A stretch of 64,000 nt of DNA, taken from Octopus sinensis. Taxonomy: Eukaryota. The notes under the pieces are model-generated. The model was not told where the DNA came from. It did no database searches and saw only the letters and a list, made by a program, of their open reading frames with translations. The translations under genes were made by a program, and so were the position numbers. Where the stretch lies: positions 14,694,001-14,758,000 of the forward strand of contig NC_043001.1 of assembly GCF_006345805.1 (NCBI RefSeq). The letters are read 5' to 3'. This document shows positions 1 to 10,725 of the stretch, piece by piece. Position 1 is the stretch's first letter. Each line of letters begins with the position of its first letter.

Positions 1-61
1 GACTGAACCCGGAATCATGTGGTTCGTAAGCATGCTACTTACCGCACAGCCACTCCTGCGC
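1..61 (-). mobile_element. 5' head of CORE-type SINE (family B), cut by window edge
   Basis: Reverse complement reads GCGCAGGAGTGGCTGTGCGGTAAG...GGTTCAGTC, matching the heads of full copies at 23563, 30878 and 53252. Confidence 0.85.
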
Positions 62-399
62 TTGTATGCTAACTTGCTTTATCCAGTCTTTCTTCCATAG
101 AGTATTGACTTTCTAAGATCTTACCCTGCAAACCTTAACCTCTTGAGGTTCGTACTAATTATCTGTTGCATTGGATTTGCCAATTTGAGGGGGTTTGTAT
201 ATGTCAAGTTTATTGCCCTTGTTTCTTCCTATTAGAAGTAGAGAAAACTGAAATAAATACAGTGTAAAAGGGGTATTTTTAATACAAATTAGGGAATGAA
301 TAGAGTGCTCCTGGCCTTTATAGGTCCTCCAAAAGTTGGGAAATTGATTTGGTTGATCAGCCTGGATTCCTGCAGTTCAGTGTCTGCAGGAAAAATGTA

Positions 400-910
400 T
401 CCTTTATGCCAAGAATTGGCACTGTCTTAGTTCCTCTCATACATTTGGCCTATACATCGGTCAGTGAGACACCTCCAGTTATTCTGGTTTTGAGCAAAGA
501 CGTTTGCATCTTCCCAAGTTGTTTGAGATCTTTGAAGGTGCAGTGTTATGTCTTCCTGGCCTCTCTTTGGTGGTAGCCATTGTATAGCTACCTTACGTAT
601 TCACTCAGCTGGCAGTTGGAGAAATAAAGCTTCGCACTTCTCTGAAAGTTGGATACCATGTCTTCTTAGGTTTCCTTCTGGTAATACCCACTGTATTGCC
701 GTCTTGGGTATTCGCTCTTCTGGCAGTTGGAAAATAAGTTTCATTCTTTTTTCTGCCGAAATATCAGGCAAGCAGTGCAGACAGATTCCTATCAGGCCTT
801 CAGAGTTTGTGATTCTGTCTTTGTGGTTGATCTTTAATATTCTGTGTAGACAATTTTTGCTCAACATAGGCTTTCTTCCACACTCTGAAATAGTTGAAAT
901 TATTTCCTAG
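400..910 (-). pseudogene. Decayed RTE-clade LINE, C-terminal part of the RT ORF
   Basis: Minus-strand peptides CLHRILKINHKDRITNSE and ERIPKTAIQWVLPEG resemble RTE motifs (CLRxILxIxWxDxITN, RIPKxxxxW). Stops and a small internal duplication are present. Confidence 0.7.
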
Positions 911-1504
911 AAATAATGATTTTTTTCTTAGCGAGACACAAACACAATTCTGCCAAGGATTGTTATAATAACTGTGAAAGTCCAGAACTTAATGGTTTTT
1001 ATCGTATTGATTCTGGAAAGAAGAGCAAAAAAAAAAGTATGCTCAATTTGCGCTAGATTTGGTCTCTTAAGACTGGAATATTGAATTTTAGCTACCGAAA
1101 ATCTATTAAAATATATCGTCTGGTATCTTACTAGCAGTCAGGCATGGCTGTGTGATTAAGAAGTTTATTTCGAAAGTACATGTTTTGGGTTCGATTCCAT
1201 GGCATGGCATGTTACATAAGTTTCTTTTGCCCATAGTCTTGCAAAGCTTTGTGAATAAAATTTAGTTGACAGAAAGTGTGTGAGAGACTTTTAGGTTGAA
1301 TTTGTCACCTGGTTTAACCCCACGAAATGGACTTTAGATTCTTTACATCACATCTAAGTTAAAGATGAGATGATGACAGATGGAAATTCTATGGCTATAG
1401 ATAATCTGAAGAAGGGCTCCTCTAAAGCAGTGCTCCGTAACCTTTTTTTTCACTTGTGGTACACTTATACTCTTTTCAAAATTTGGCAGCACACCTGAAC
1501 TAAA

Positions 1505-1890
1505 AATGTAACCAAAAGAATGGTTCGTGAGCAGTGTCCACAGATGAAGGTAACATCCAGCGTGGTGTCAGAGGCGGCTCGCGCCTTCCTCCTGCGTCTC
1601 TTGTCTTTAAGTGCGTCTCTTCTTTGTTCCTCAAACTTGCTGACTGTGTTGAAGATCGTGTGACGCCAGACATCACGGTCCGCAGCCAGGTCTCACCAGC
1701 ATTGGTGGTTAATATGACATGCTGTTAGCGACTTCTTGAGGCAGTCTTTGTAGCACTTCCTCGGAGCTCCTCTCACATGGTGGCCAGTGGAGAGTTCGCC
1801 AAACAGGGCAATCTTAGGAAGGTGATGGTTCTCCATTCTGGAGGTGGGACTTCAGTAGCATGGCTTCAATGCTGGGGATCTCGGCCCGCT
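1505..1890 (-). pseudogene. Decayed RTE (BovB-like) LINE, 3' end of ORF
   Basis: Minus-strand translation with a frameshift: SIEAMLLKSHL.../ENHHLPKIALFGELSTGHHVRGAPRKCYKDCLKKSLTACHINHQCW*DLAADRDVWR...FEEQR...KRRRRK...FICGHCSR, typical of the RTE C-terminus with a CxxC knuckle. Confidence 0.8.
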
Positions 1891-2159
1891 CCAATTTATA
1901 TTCAAGTTACACTGCAGCACACCAAGCATCGTCTTGTTGCACACCAGCATGCTGCGGCATTCCGTTGCAGAGCACTGATCTGAAGCAACAACAATAGGTT
2001 TGTAAGAAGGATTAAATCTTCAGTTTGACTAAGCGGTACCACAACTTCTTGGTGAACAACTGGCACCAATAATTTGTTTATCGTGGTCAAATATTTCTGC
2101 TGTCCACTACCTCATGCTCCCTTCATCAAACTGACATTGCCTTACAGTTGTATGGTGTA

Positions 2160-2548
2160 CATCCCTGTATGGCATGTACTAGCACTATGACCCAGCAACA
2201 CCGGGTCACAGTGCTAGTGCATGCATATACAGCTGCATGCGTGCGCACATACACGCGAGTACTGTCCAAATCTCCAACCAATCACCTACAGCTAGCTGGC
2301 ATTCAATTGGCGTATCAAGTTTCGGGCATTTTGATTGGGTTTTGGATAGAAAATTCACAAAAATGTCACTTTTATTGATTTTTTAATGGCTTTGTGGGGT
2401 GACTAGGGAAATGTAAAGATGTGCACGACCACCCTTGGGTGGTTTTGAATGATCATAGAAAGTGCGAGCCCTCTAACTGAAAAATTGTGGAGTTGTATAA
2501 AGGACACACGCACACGGACAGACATTTTGCTGTTTATATGTATAGAGA
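2160..2548 (-). mobile_element. Non-autonomous Helitron, family H3, copy 1
   Basis: On minus it starts A|TCTCTATACATATAAACAGCAAAATGTC and has hairpin + CTAG near 2178-2218. Second copy at 20719-21128. Confidence 0.75.
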
Positions 2549-2721
2549 TTACATATCAGATGTTGAAGTGATCTCAGACCAAATTGTGAATAGTAGATTT
2601 GGGTCCCTCTCTCATTCTGCATCCCTCTTGTGGCCCCTTAGTGAGTTATTGTGGTCCTCAGATTGACAAAATAGGTTGTTGTCATGGTGTTCGGTAATGG
2701 AATATAATAAAGATATACCGG

Positions 2722-2970
2722 ACTGGCTCCTGTGCAGGTGGTACATAAAAAGCACCATTTGAGCATGGCCATTGCCAGTACCACCTGACTGGCCCTCGTG
2801 CTGGTGGCATGTAAAAGCACCCACTACACTCTCAGAGAGGTTGGCGTTAGGAAGGGCATCCAGCTGTAGAAACTCTGCCAGATCAGATTGGAGTCTGGTG
2901 CAGCCATCTGGTTCACCAGTCCTCAGTCAAATCGTCCAACCCATGCTAGCATGGAAAGCGGACATTAAAC

Positions 2971-3003
<33 letters not shown>
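2722..3003 (+). mobile_element. Family D retroposon (RTE-like 3' end, ~60-bp internal repeats, (GAT)n tail)
   Basis: GGTTGGCGTTAGGAAGGGCATCCAGCTGTAGAAAC...CCAACCCATGCTAGCATGGAAAGCGGAC(A/G)TTAAACGATGATGAT; five copies in the window. Confidence 0.85.
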
Positions 3004-3004
<1 letters not shown>

Positions 3005-3574
3005 GTCATGGTGACTTACATAGAAATTATGATTTCTTGTGAACTTTGCACATTTCATGATTTCTGTTGCTAAGAAGTGAACCTGCAATTTCTCTGATGT
3101 CTGCAAAAGATGGCAACAATCCAGATGATGCAATGATTGCAATGATATGCACATCCTGACATTTGCACGACATTTCGAATATATTACATTACGTCAACTG
3201 ACATCTGATGCAGTGTGTGTTGCATCAAAGAGAGGGTAAATGGTAGATTTCACATTTAGCTCAGAAGTGGAAGGTTTCATACAAATATTTACAAGATCAG
3301 TTAGAGATGGGTGTGCTGTGGGAGAAATACTATGAAGATAAAAGGGTAGTAGGAAGAGGAGAGATATGATGGAAGGTGTAGTGCATAGTGCGTTGCTGAC
3401 ATTATGGTGGTTTAGCCCTAGGCTGGTCATGAATGAGCAGACCAATAATCAAAGGCGTGTCAGCCGTGACCATACTGAATTTTGGATATCCTGGACTTAA
3501 CGGTCCTAAACAGAAACATTTCAAGACTAATACTTATCGGTCTGAATGTTGTAATATGTATTAATAGCGTCAGC

Positions 3575-4720
3575 GCTGCAAATTCCTTTCGTCCGTCTTT
3601 AGGTTTTGAGTTCAAATTCCACCGAGTTTGATTTCGCTTTTCATCCTTTCTGGGTCGATAAAAGGAGTACCAATCGTGTACTGGGATCGATGAAGTCATC
3701 TTACCCCCTCCCCCGAAATTGCTGGCCTTGTGCCAAAATTTGAAACAAATATGTATTAACAGTTAGTGAGGTAAGTCTGTAAAGGGAGATAGTGTTGTAG
3801 TATGTAGTAGGAGGCAATGTGGTGTGTTAGAAGTAGTAGTCTATGTAGTAGCAGCATATGTAATTAGTGAGATATGGTGTGTGATGGGAGAGGCATGATA
3901 TGGTACGTGGATTATGAAGGCGGCGAACTGGCAGAAACGTTAGCACGCAGGGTGAAATGTTAGCGGTATTTCATCTACAGCTACGTTCTGAGTTCAAATT
4001 CCGCCAAGGTTGACTTTGCCTTTCATCCTTTCGGGGTCGATGATTAAATAAGTACCAGTTATGCACTGGGGTCGATATAATTGCCTTCATCCATTTGTCT
4101 GTCCTTGTTTGTCCCCTCTGTGTTTAACCCCTTGTGGGTAGTGAAGAAATAGGTATTTTGTCAGCCGCTATGTTCTGAGTTCAAATTCCACCGAGTTTGA
4201 TTTCGCTTTTCATCCTTTCTGGGTCGATAAAAGGAGTACCAATCGTGTACTGGGATCGATGAAGTCATCTTACCCCCTCCCCCGAAATTGCTGGCCTTGT
4301 GCCAAAATTTGAAACAAATATGTATTAACAGTTAGTGAGGTAAGTCTGTAAAGGGAGATAGTGTTGTAGTATGTAGTAGGAGGCAATGTGGTGTGTTAGA
4401 AGTAGTAGTCTATGTAGTAGCAGCATATGTAATTAGTGAGATATGGTGTGTGATGGGAGAGGCATGATATGGTACGTGGATTATGAAGGCGGCGAACTGG
4501 CAGAAACGTTAGCACGCAGGGTGAAATGTTAGCGGTATTTCATCTACAGCTACGTTCTGAGTTCAAATTCCGCCGAGGTCGACTTTACCTTTCATCCTTT
4601 TGGGGTCGATAAATTAAGTACCAGTTACGCACTGGGGTCGATATAATCGACTTAACCCATTTGTCTGTCCTTGTTTGTCCCCTCTGTGTTTAGCCCCTTG
4701 TGGGTAGTACAGAAATAGGT
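3575..4720 (+). mobile_element. Cluster of family A tRNA-SINEs containing a 569-bp-period duplication
   Basis: A-box-like TGGCAGAAACGTTAG, B box GAGTTCAAATTCC, core GCCTTTCATCCTTTCGGGGTCGATAAATTAAGTACCAG. 3607-4005 matches 4176-4574 with no difference seen. Confidence 0.85.
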
Positions 4721-4732
4721 ATGTGGATATGT

Positions 4733-4930
4733 GGAGGCACGTAGCTTAATGGTTAGGGTGTTGGTCTCATGATCGTAAGAGTGGAGTTTCAGTTTCTGGT
4801 GTTGTGTTCTTGACCAAAACACTTCATTTTACATTGCACCAGTCCACTCAGCTGGCAAAAATGAATAACCGTGCGACGGACTGGTGCCCCGTTCGGGAAA
4901 CCGGCCCTTATGAGCCGGTATGACTCCTAA
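4733..4930 (+). mobile_element. tRNA-derived SINE family S5 (decayed)
   Basis: Head GGAGGCACGTAGCTTAATGGTTAG, core GTGTTGTGTTCTTGA(G/C)CAA(G/A)ACACTT, shared with 8555-8735 and ~33640-33780. Confidence 0.65.
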
Positions 4931-5386
4931 AGAAGCATTGTCTTTGTATCCTTATTTGGTTACAGGTAGCATTGTATGGTATGTAGTAAGAGGTAGTACT
5001 GTAGTGTATGTATTGGGCATGGTGTAGTATGGCATCTACCAGTCAGGTTGTGGCTGTGTAGTAGTAGGAAGTGTAGTTTATTAACCTTTCTTCACGTGAC
5101 ATGATTCCATGGGGTCAGCTGCTTAAGCCATTGCGTAAACCTATAAATGAATGTTAAAGGTGAAGGATTTCCTCGTTAACCTATAACATCCAAGGTAGGG
5201 TTAGGGTTAGGTCAGGTAGGGTTATTTGTGAGAGTAATTGAAACGAGAGCACTGAGAAAGCGCAAACCCCTGCCAGTGCTTCTTTATTTTGGCACTATGG
5301 TCACAAGACAGAGGGGACACAACAAGGACAAGGACATCACGGCCGGCCTTCGTTTCATAGACCCGTTCCGCAAGGATTTGGGGCTA

Positions 5387-5387
<1 letters not shown>

Positions 5388-5424
<37 letters not shown>

Positions 5425-5596
5425 TAGCAGTAACAACAACAACAACAATAGCAGTAACAACAACAACGACGACCACAACAGACAACAACAATAACAATAG
5501 CAACAACAACAACCAAGACAATGGCAACAACATCAATGACAACAACGACCACAACAATAGCAACAACAATAACAATAACAACAATAGCAGCAGCAT
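5388..5596 (+). repeat. Compound (AAC)n/(AAT)n/(AGC)n trinucleotide microsatellite
   Basis: Directly visible. Confidence 0.95.
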
Positions 5597-6128
5597 TAAG
5601 ATGGTCAAGGAGCCATGATTCTAGTGTTTACTTTTGCTAGTTTATATCCGTCACCGAACGGACATACTTAGAGCTACGAGGCCCTAAGCATCCGTTTGGT
5701 CAAGGATATGAAGTGATGTGGCTAACAATAATTTGAACTTCTGACCTCTTCAGTTTATCAAATGTAGTCATTCAAAGGCGGCAAGCTAGCAAAAACATTG
5801 GCACACAGGGCGAATTCACCCGGCATTTGATTAACTGTGGACACATCCACACAGTTAATCAAATGCCGGGTGAATTCGTTGTTTTTTTCTCTTTGCCTAC
5901 ATGGATTGTTTTTTGAGTATATGTTGTCTGGGAAATTTTTCTTATGGTAGTGCTTTGACTGCTATTTCTAAATTTCGATATGTGGTGAAGCAAATTTTTT
6001 TGCTGAACCCTGATTATAATTATACTCATAATTATAAAAATTATTGTTTGAGTTTGCCGATAATGGTTCTTTTAACATGCCAAAAGTACTTGGTAAAATT
6101 ATTAATTATTAATTAATTAATTTTACCC

Positions 6129-6161
<33 letters not shown>

Positions 6162-6181
6162 ATATATATATATATATATAT

Positions 6182-6380
6182 AGTAACGTGAACAAAGAGA
6201 AAACAACAACGCGAGGGCGTGGAACAAGTATAGTGTTATTGGATGCTCAGGAAAGGAAAGAAAGAAGGGGCATTTAACGTTTCGAGCAGAGCTCTTCGTC
6301 AGAAACATAGGAAAAAAGAAAAGTCCAAGGAAGGGAAGACGGAGAAAGAAAATCGCCAACGATACACATGCTGTCATATA
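6182..6380 (-). mobile_element. Short Penelope-like (pLTR-type) element with hammerhead-like motif
   Basis: Minus strand tttCTGACGA-A-GAGC-TCT-GCTC-GAAACGT-T-AAA at 6271-6305. Related copy at ~44560-44690. Flanked by (TA)n and (CAGA/CA)n. Confidence 0.6.
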
Positions 6381-6408
6381 TTGAAATGACAGACAGATAG
6401 ACAGACAG

Positions 6409-6459
<51 letters not shown>

Positions 6460-6489
6460 ACACACACACACACACTACATACATACATA

Positions 6490-6685
6490 CAGGGTGTTCA
6501 AAAAGACTCTTGCAGTAAGTGTTTAATGGTTTTCGGATGAAATAAAAGTCTGGTGGTGTTAAATCAGTTGATCTTGGTGCCCAAAGTCCCTTCGAAATAA
6601 TCCGTTTATCAAAAAACTCTTGAAGTAAAGCCATGATGTGCAGGATGAAAAAAATTCACTGTGGAGACACTTTTTGAACACCCTG
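6490..6685 (-). mobile_element. Internally deleted Tc1/mariner (maT/rosa-like) element
   Basis: 16-bp TIRs CAGGGTGTTCAAAAAG...CTTTTTGAACACCCTG, TA on both sides, minus-strand remnant RIISKGLWAPRSTDLTPPDF (WPxRSPDLTPxDF motif). Confidence 0.9.
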
Positions 6686-6842
6686 TATATATATATAATA
6701 TATATATATACACATATATATGTTGTATGTCTGTTTCTCTGGGGTTTTTTTGTTGTTCGAAAGAAGTTCGTTTCTATGTTTTAGTTTTTAGGTTTTCGTT
6801 TCTCATTGTGTTCAACGTTCTTTTGATGTCCTGTACCTATAT

Positions 6843-6942
<100 letters not shown>

Positions 6943-7099
6943 TAGGTAGAGTAGATAGATAGATAGATAGATAAGGATAAGCATATTAAAAGGTTCGTGG
7001 GAAAACTCATTTAAATAAAAGGGTTTGGAACCACTGTTGGGAACCATTGTGAAAAGGATAGGAACCACTGATCTGCAGAGATAAACTTTAAAATAAAAA

Positions 7100-7930
7100 T
7101 AACTTACTCAATAGCGAAAACTGTGGAGATTGGGATGCGTGTGTGAGACGAGGTTCCGGATCCTTTTGGTTTGAACGGCAGTTTTTTTCTAGCCGTGTCA
7201 TGAAATTGCCACCCATAATTATGACCCTAGTATCGATCTACTGCATTTCAATCTGTTTTAGGGTTAGGGTTAGGGGTCGGGGGAAGGGTATCTTTTATTC
7301 TTCACAAATGTAAATAAACCCAATCTGTTTCTTAAACGAGGGACATATTCATACGGCACAGAATGTTTTTTACCCCAATAGACGTCATTGATTGGTTGAA
7401 ATTGCAGAAATTGAAGAAAAAACCCAACAAATATCTTACAAACTATAGAAAAATATGTTTTATAAACACATTCTACCAGTATACGAAGTTAAAATTTTTT
7501 TAGTTACCTAGAAATTATGTTAAAAACTGCCGTTCAAACCGAAAAGACCCGAGATTCCGTTAAGCAAAGTTGCGAAATTTTTAAAGTCAAGTTTCTGGGT
7601 AAAGGCTTACCGACAAAGAGAACAATACAGATGTTGATTAGGAAGTGGCATACTGCAGGGTTAGTGCACAACACCCCAAAACAAGGAGACTGTGCAGTTC
7701 GAACGCCGGAACATATTTAGGACATTCGCCAAGAGATTACTCGACGTCCAAAGAAGTCAACACGTAAATTAGACAGGCAGTCTCACATAAGCAAGAAGTC
7801 ATGCTAAAGGGTGTTGAAAAGTCTAAAGCCGAAGCTGTATCGTTTCGTGTACAGCAATTAAAAGTGGACAAGAGCAAACGAGGGAATTACTGCACATGGC
7901 TTCTGAATAACAAGCTGTCGAAATAACTCG
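7100..7930 (+). pseudogene. Decayed Tc1/mariner transposase N-terminus, interrupted by a MITE
   Basis: YSIAKTVEI...|DSVKQSCEIFKVKFLGKGLPTKRTIQMLIRKWHTAGLVHN...VRTPEHI*DIRQEITRRPKKSTRKL...ISKKSC; an HTH-type region split by the 7158-7550 insertion. Confidence 0.7.
7158..7550. mobile_element. Merlin-like MITE M1 with TTAGGG repeats
   Basis: TIRs GGATCCTTTTGGTTTGAACGGCAG / CTGCCGTTCAAACCGAAAAGACCC; 8-bp TSD GAGGTTCC/GAGATTCC; internal TTAGGGTTAGGGTTAGGG near 7258. Confidence 0.8.
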
Positions 7931-7974
7931 GTGACATTTGCAAACAAAAAGTTAGCTGCCTTTTTGTGTGTGTA

Positions 7975-8292
7975 ATCATCATCATCATCATCATCATCGT
8001 TTAACGTCCGTTTTCCGCGCTAGCACGGGTTGGACGGTTCGACCGGGGTCTGGGGAGCCAGGGGCTGCCCCAGGCTCCAGTCTGGTCTGGCAGTGTTTCT
8101 ACAGCTGGATGCCCTTCCTAACGCCAACCACTCCGCGAGTGTAGTGGGTGCTTTTTACGTGCCACCTGCACAGGTGCCAGAGGGGTCTGGCATCGGCCAC
8201 GGTCGGTTGGTGCTTTTTATGTGCCACCTGCACAGAAGCCAGTCGGGGCGGTGCTGGCATCGGCCACGTTCGGATGGTGCTTTTTATGTGGG
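7975..8292 (-). mobile_element. Family D retroposon
   Basis: (ATC)n tail plus reverse complement of the family D body. Confidence 0.85.
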
Positions 8293-8554
8293 GGGGGTGG
8301 TGCAGGAATATAGGGGAGCACCAGTGGGGAGGGGTGTTTGGAGAAGCGATGACAGGTTCTAGACAAGTAGAACGTAGGATATCACGAGAGGGGTAATGCA
8401 TGGTGAAATAGCGTATAGAAGACACCTATAATGGTGGTGGGAGAAGCGATATCCGGTATGCATTTCAGTATTTAAAACTGTGCTATAGAATCCGTATGCC
8501 ACCCTGTACTATATTATATCATACTATGTTATATTGTATTGTATTATTATATAT

Positions 8555-8735
8555 ATGGCTCAGTGGTTAGAGCGTCGAGCTTATGATCATGAGGTTGTGA
8601 GTTCGAATCCTGGACCTGGCTGCGTGTTGTGTTCTTGAGCAAGACACTTTATTTCACGTTGCTCCAGTTGACTCAGCTGTAGAAATGAGTTGCGACGTCA
8701 CAGGTGCCAAGCTGTATCAGTCTTTGCCTTTCATT
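8555..8735 (+). mobile_element. tRNA-derived SINE family S5
   Basis: TGGCTCAGTGGTTAG (A box), GAGTTCGAATCC (B box), GTGTTGTGTTCTTGAGCAAGACAC core. Confidence 0.75.
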
Positions 8736-9127
8736 TGCCACTGTTATTTATGACAATCCTAACCCTAAAACATTAACCCTAACCCTAAAACCCTGACCCT
8801 AACCCTAAAACCTTAAAGCTAAAACCAATACAAATGCACGAACGATGTCATAAATAACAATGACAAACGAAACATACACCGCCAGAAGTTCTTATTGACA
8901 AACAACGGCAGTAATTTTCTTCAGCTGAATACACGTTATTGATTGGTTGAAATTACCGAAATACTACAACTTTAACGTGAAATAACTTCCTAAATATAAG
9001 CTTTTCTCAAGAATGCTAAGAGTAAAAGATGTTTTATATGACACATTCTACCAGTGTCCGAAGTTTGAAAGTGTTTAGTTACAAAAAATTATTTTTTAAA
9101 TCTGTCGGTCAAAAGGTAAAGATCCCC
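8736..9127. mobile_element. Merlin-like MITE M2 (one end only) with degenerate (CCCTAA)n
   Basis: Ends ...GTCGGTCAAAAGGTAAAGATCCC, shared ACACATTCTACCAGT..CGAAGTTT subterminal block, CCTAACCCTAA array at 8758-8825. Confidence 0.7.
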
Positions 9128-9370
9128 AAATTCTTTTCATTGTGCATCAACGATAACTTTGCTAAAACATTACTTTATGCTGAAAATCCAATGTATTCCA
9201 CTTGGAGCTGTACTAACAAGGAATGGCAAGGAAGAAACCGAGGAAAAAAGTTGAAGGCCATTTGAACGTTTGCAAAGAAGAAACTCTTGGTCGTGCTTAT
9301 GTTGTCACACAAAAGGCAGGAGAACTGAATTAAGAATTTCATTGCATGAAGTTCAAAATAGTATTTTTTC
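9128..9370 (+). pseudogene. Helitron RepHel fragment
   Basis: NDNFAKTLLYAENPMYSTW...KEWQGRNRG / VEGH...TLGRAYVV / LRISLHEV with frameshifts, resembling FAKTLLYxEIPxYYTW...RRKxG...LGRVYxVxP...YLRLLL of Helitron proteins. Confidence 0.7.
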
Positions 9371-9730
9371 CTTTCCCACCACTCATCGACATTTTCAACT
9401 TGGAGTGGTTATAACCCAACGAGTCACGGCAGGTACATCTAATGTATATGTATATATATATAAATTTGTCTAATATAGCAGCATTTTCGAACTTCATTTT
9501 TTACAAATATATACCCACTCGTATACGATCAACTCTTATTATAAGTATATATATATATATATAATATATATATATAATATATATATATAGGTTATGAGAG
9601 GTAATGGTGTCAAGAAGACCCAAAGGTGTCAGGTAATGCTGAGTAAGTGCTATGGACAGACTATAGTTAAGTTCAAGGTTCGGTGATTATGCAAATGAGG
9701 AGTCCAACGTAGTTCATATATCAGCATGTG

Positions 9731-10135
9731 TATATATATATAAAAAAATAACAGAATGGGATAGAAATCCAAGGCTGCGAAAGATTTCAGAACATTTATA
9801 AATAGAAGGTCTTACAGCTGTTTCCAGGATATTTTATATATGTCAGAAAATGGTTAAGCAATAGTTATTCTAGGTCTTATATGTATACAATTCTGCCTAC
9901 ATAATGGAACTGAAGATACAATATCCCTGCATATCTCACATCTTTTTTCATTCCTCCACTTCACTCTCTATTTCATATCTTATCTATAACTATTGCTTAA
10001 CCATTTTCTCACACCTTCTCCGATGAAGGGATATAAAAATTATCCTGGAAACAGCTGTAAGACCTATTTAGAAATGTTCTGAAATCTTTCACAGGCTTGG
10101 ATTTTTATCTCATTATGTTAATTTATATATATATA
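9731..10135. mobile_element. Penelope-like element: inverted pLTR pair with hammerhead in the right arm
   Basis: Arms 9731-9868 and 9986-10135 are inverted copies. Right arm carries CCGATGA-AGGGATA..TATCCTG-GAAACAGCTGTA. (TA)n at both outer ends. Confidence 0.7.
10014..10065 (+). ncRNA. Minimal type I hammerhead-ribozyme-like motif
   Basis: TCT-CCGATGA-stem II (GGATA/TATCC)-GAAAC-AGCT-GTA-AGA; palindromic stem III ACAGCTGT; imperfect base of stem II. Confidence 0.55.
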
Positions 10136-10344
10136 TATATTTTACGGAGATGTACTTGCATAGCAAGTGATTTGATCTGAGATCGTGTGCTGAAACGAAA
10201 ACAATTGCAGCGTGGAAGGTGTTTGTAAGCCATTTAAGAAACACACAAAAGCCATTCAATTCACTTCAACATTTGAGTTTAATTTGTCAAAATATTTTCG
10301 TCGCTTTCTTAAATGGCTTACAAACACCTTTCACGCTGCAATTG

Positions 10345-10377
<33 letters not shown>

Positions 10378-10455
10378 TATATATGTATATATATATACAT
10401 ATGTCTACGTATATATATGTATATATATATGTATGTATATATATACATATGTATA

Positions 10456-10486
<31 letters not shown>

Positions 10487-10493
10487 TACACAC

Positions 10494-10539
<46 letters not shown>

Positions 10540-10725
10540 AAATAATATGTTACATTTGCTCAATAGTCAAGATAAAACTGAGTTTCAGATGCCGAAGTGA
10601 AAATCCACAACACCATCTCTTCGGTTATCTGGCTATTTGAAAAACGCTATGAAAAAATACCGTTATATAAAGGGAAATTACTGTGTTATAATTCTGCTAC
10701 TTATATAAAATAAGATTAAAATTTC

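Noticed and set aside
1427-1500. hAT-type terminal fragments (also ~7060, ~42005, ~52390, ~61790)
   Set aside because: Isolated TIR-like motifs without a matching partner end or TSD; not listed as discrete elements.
5228-5608. Poly-Asn / poly-Leu ORFs
   Set aside because: Produced by the AAC/AAT trinucleotide repeat; no splice or domain support.
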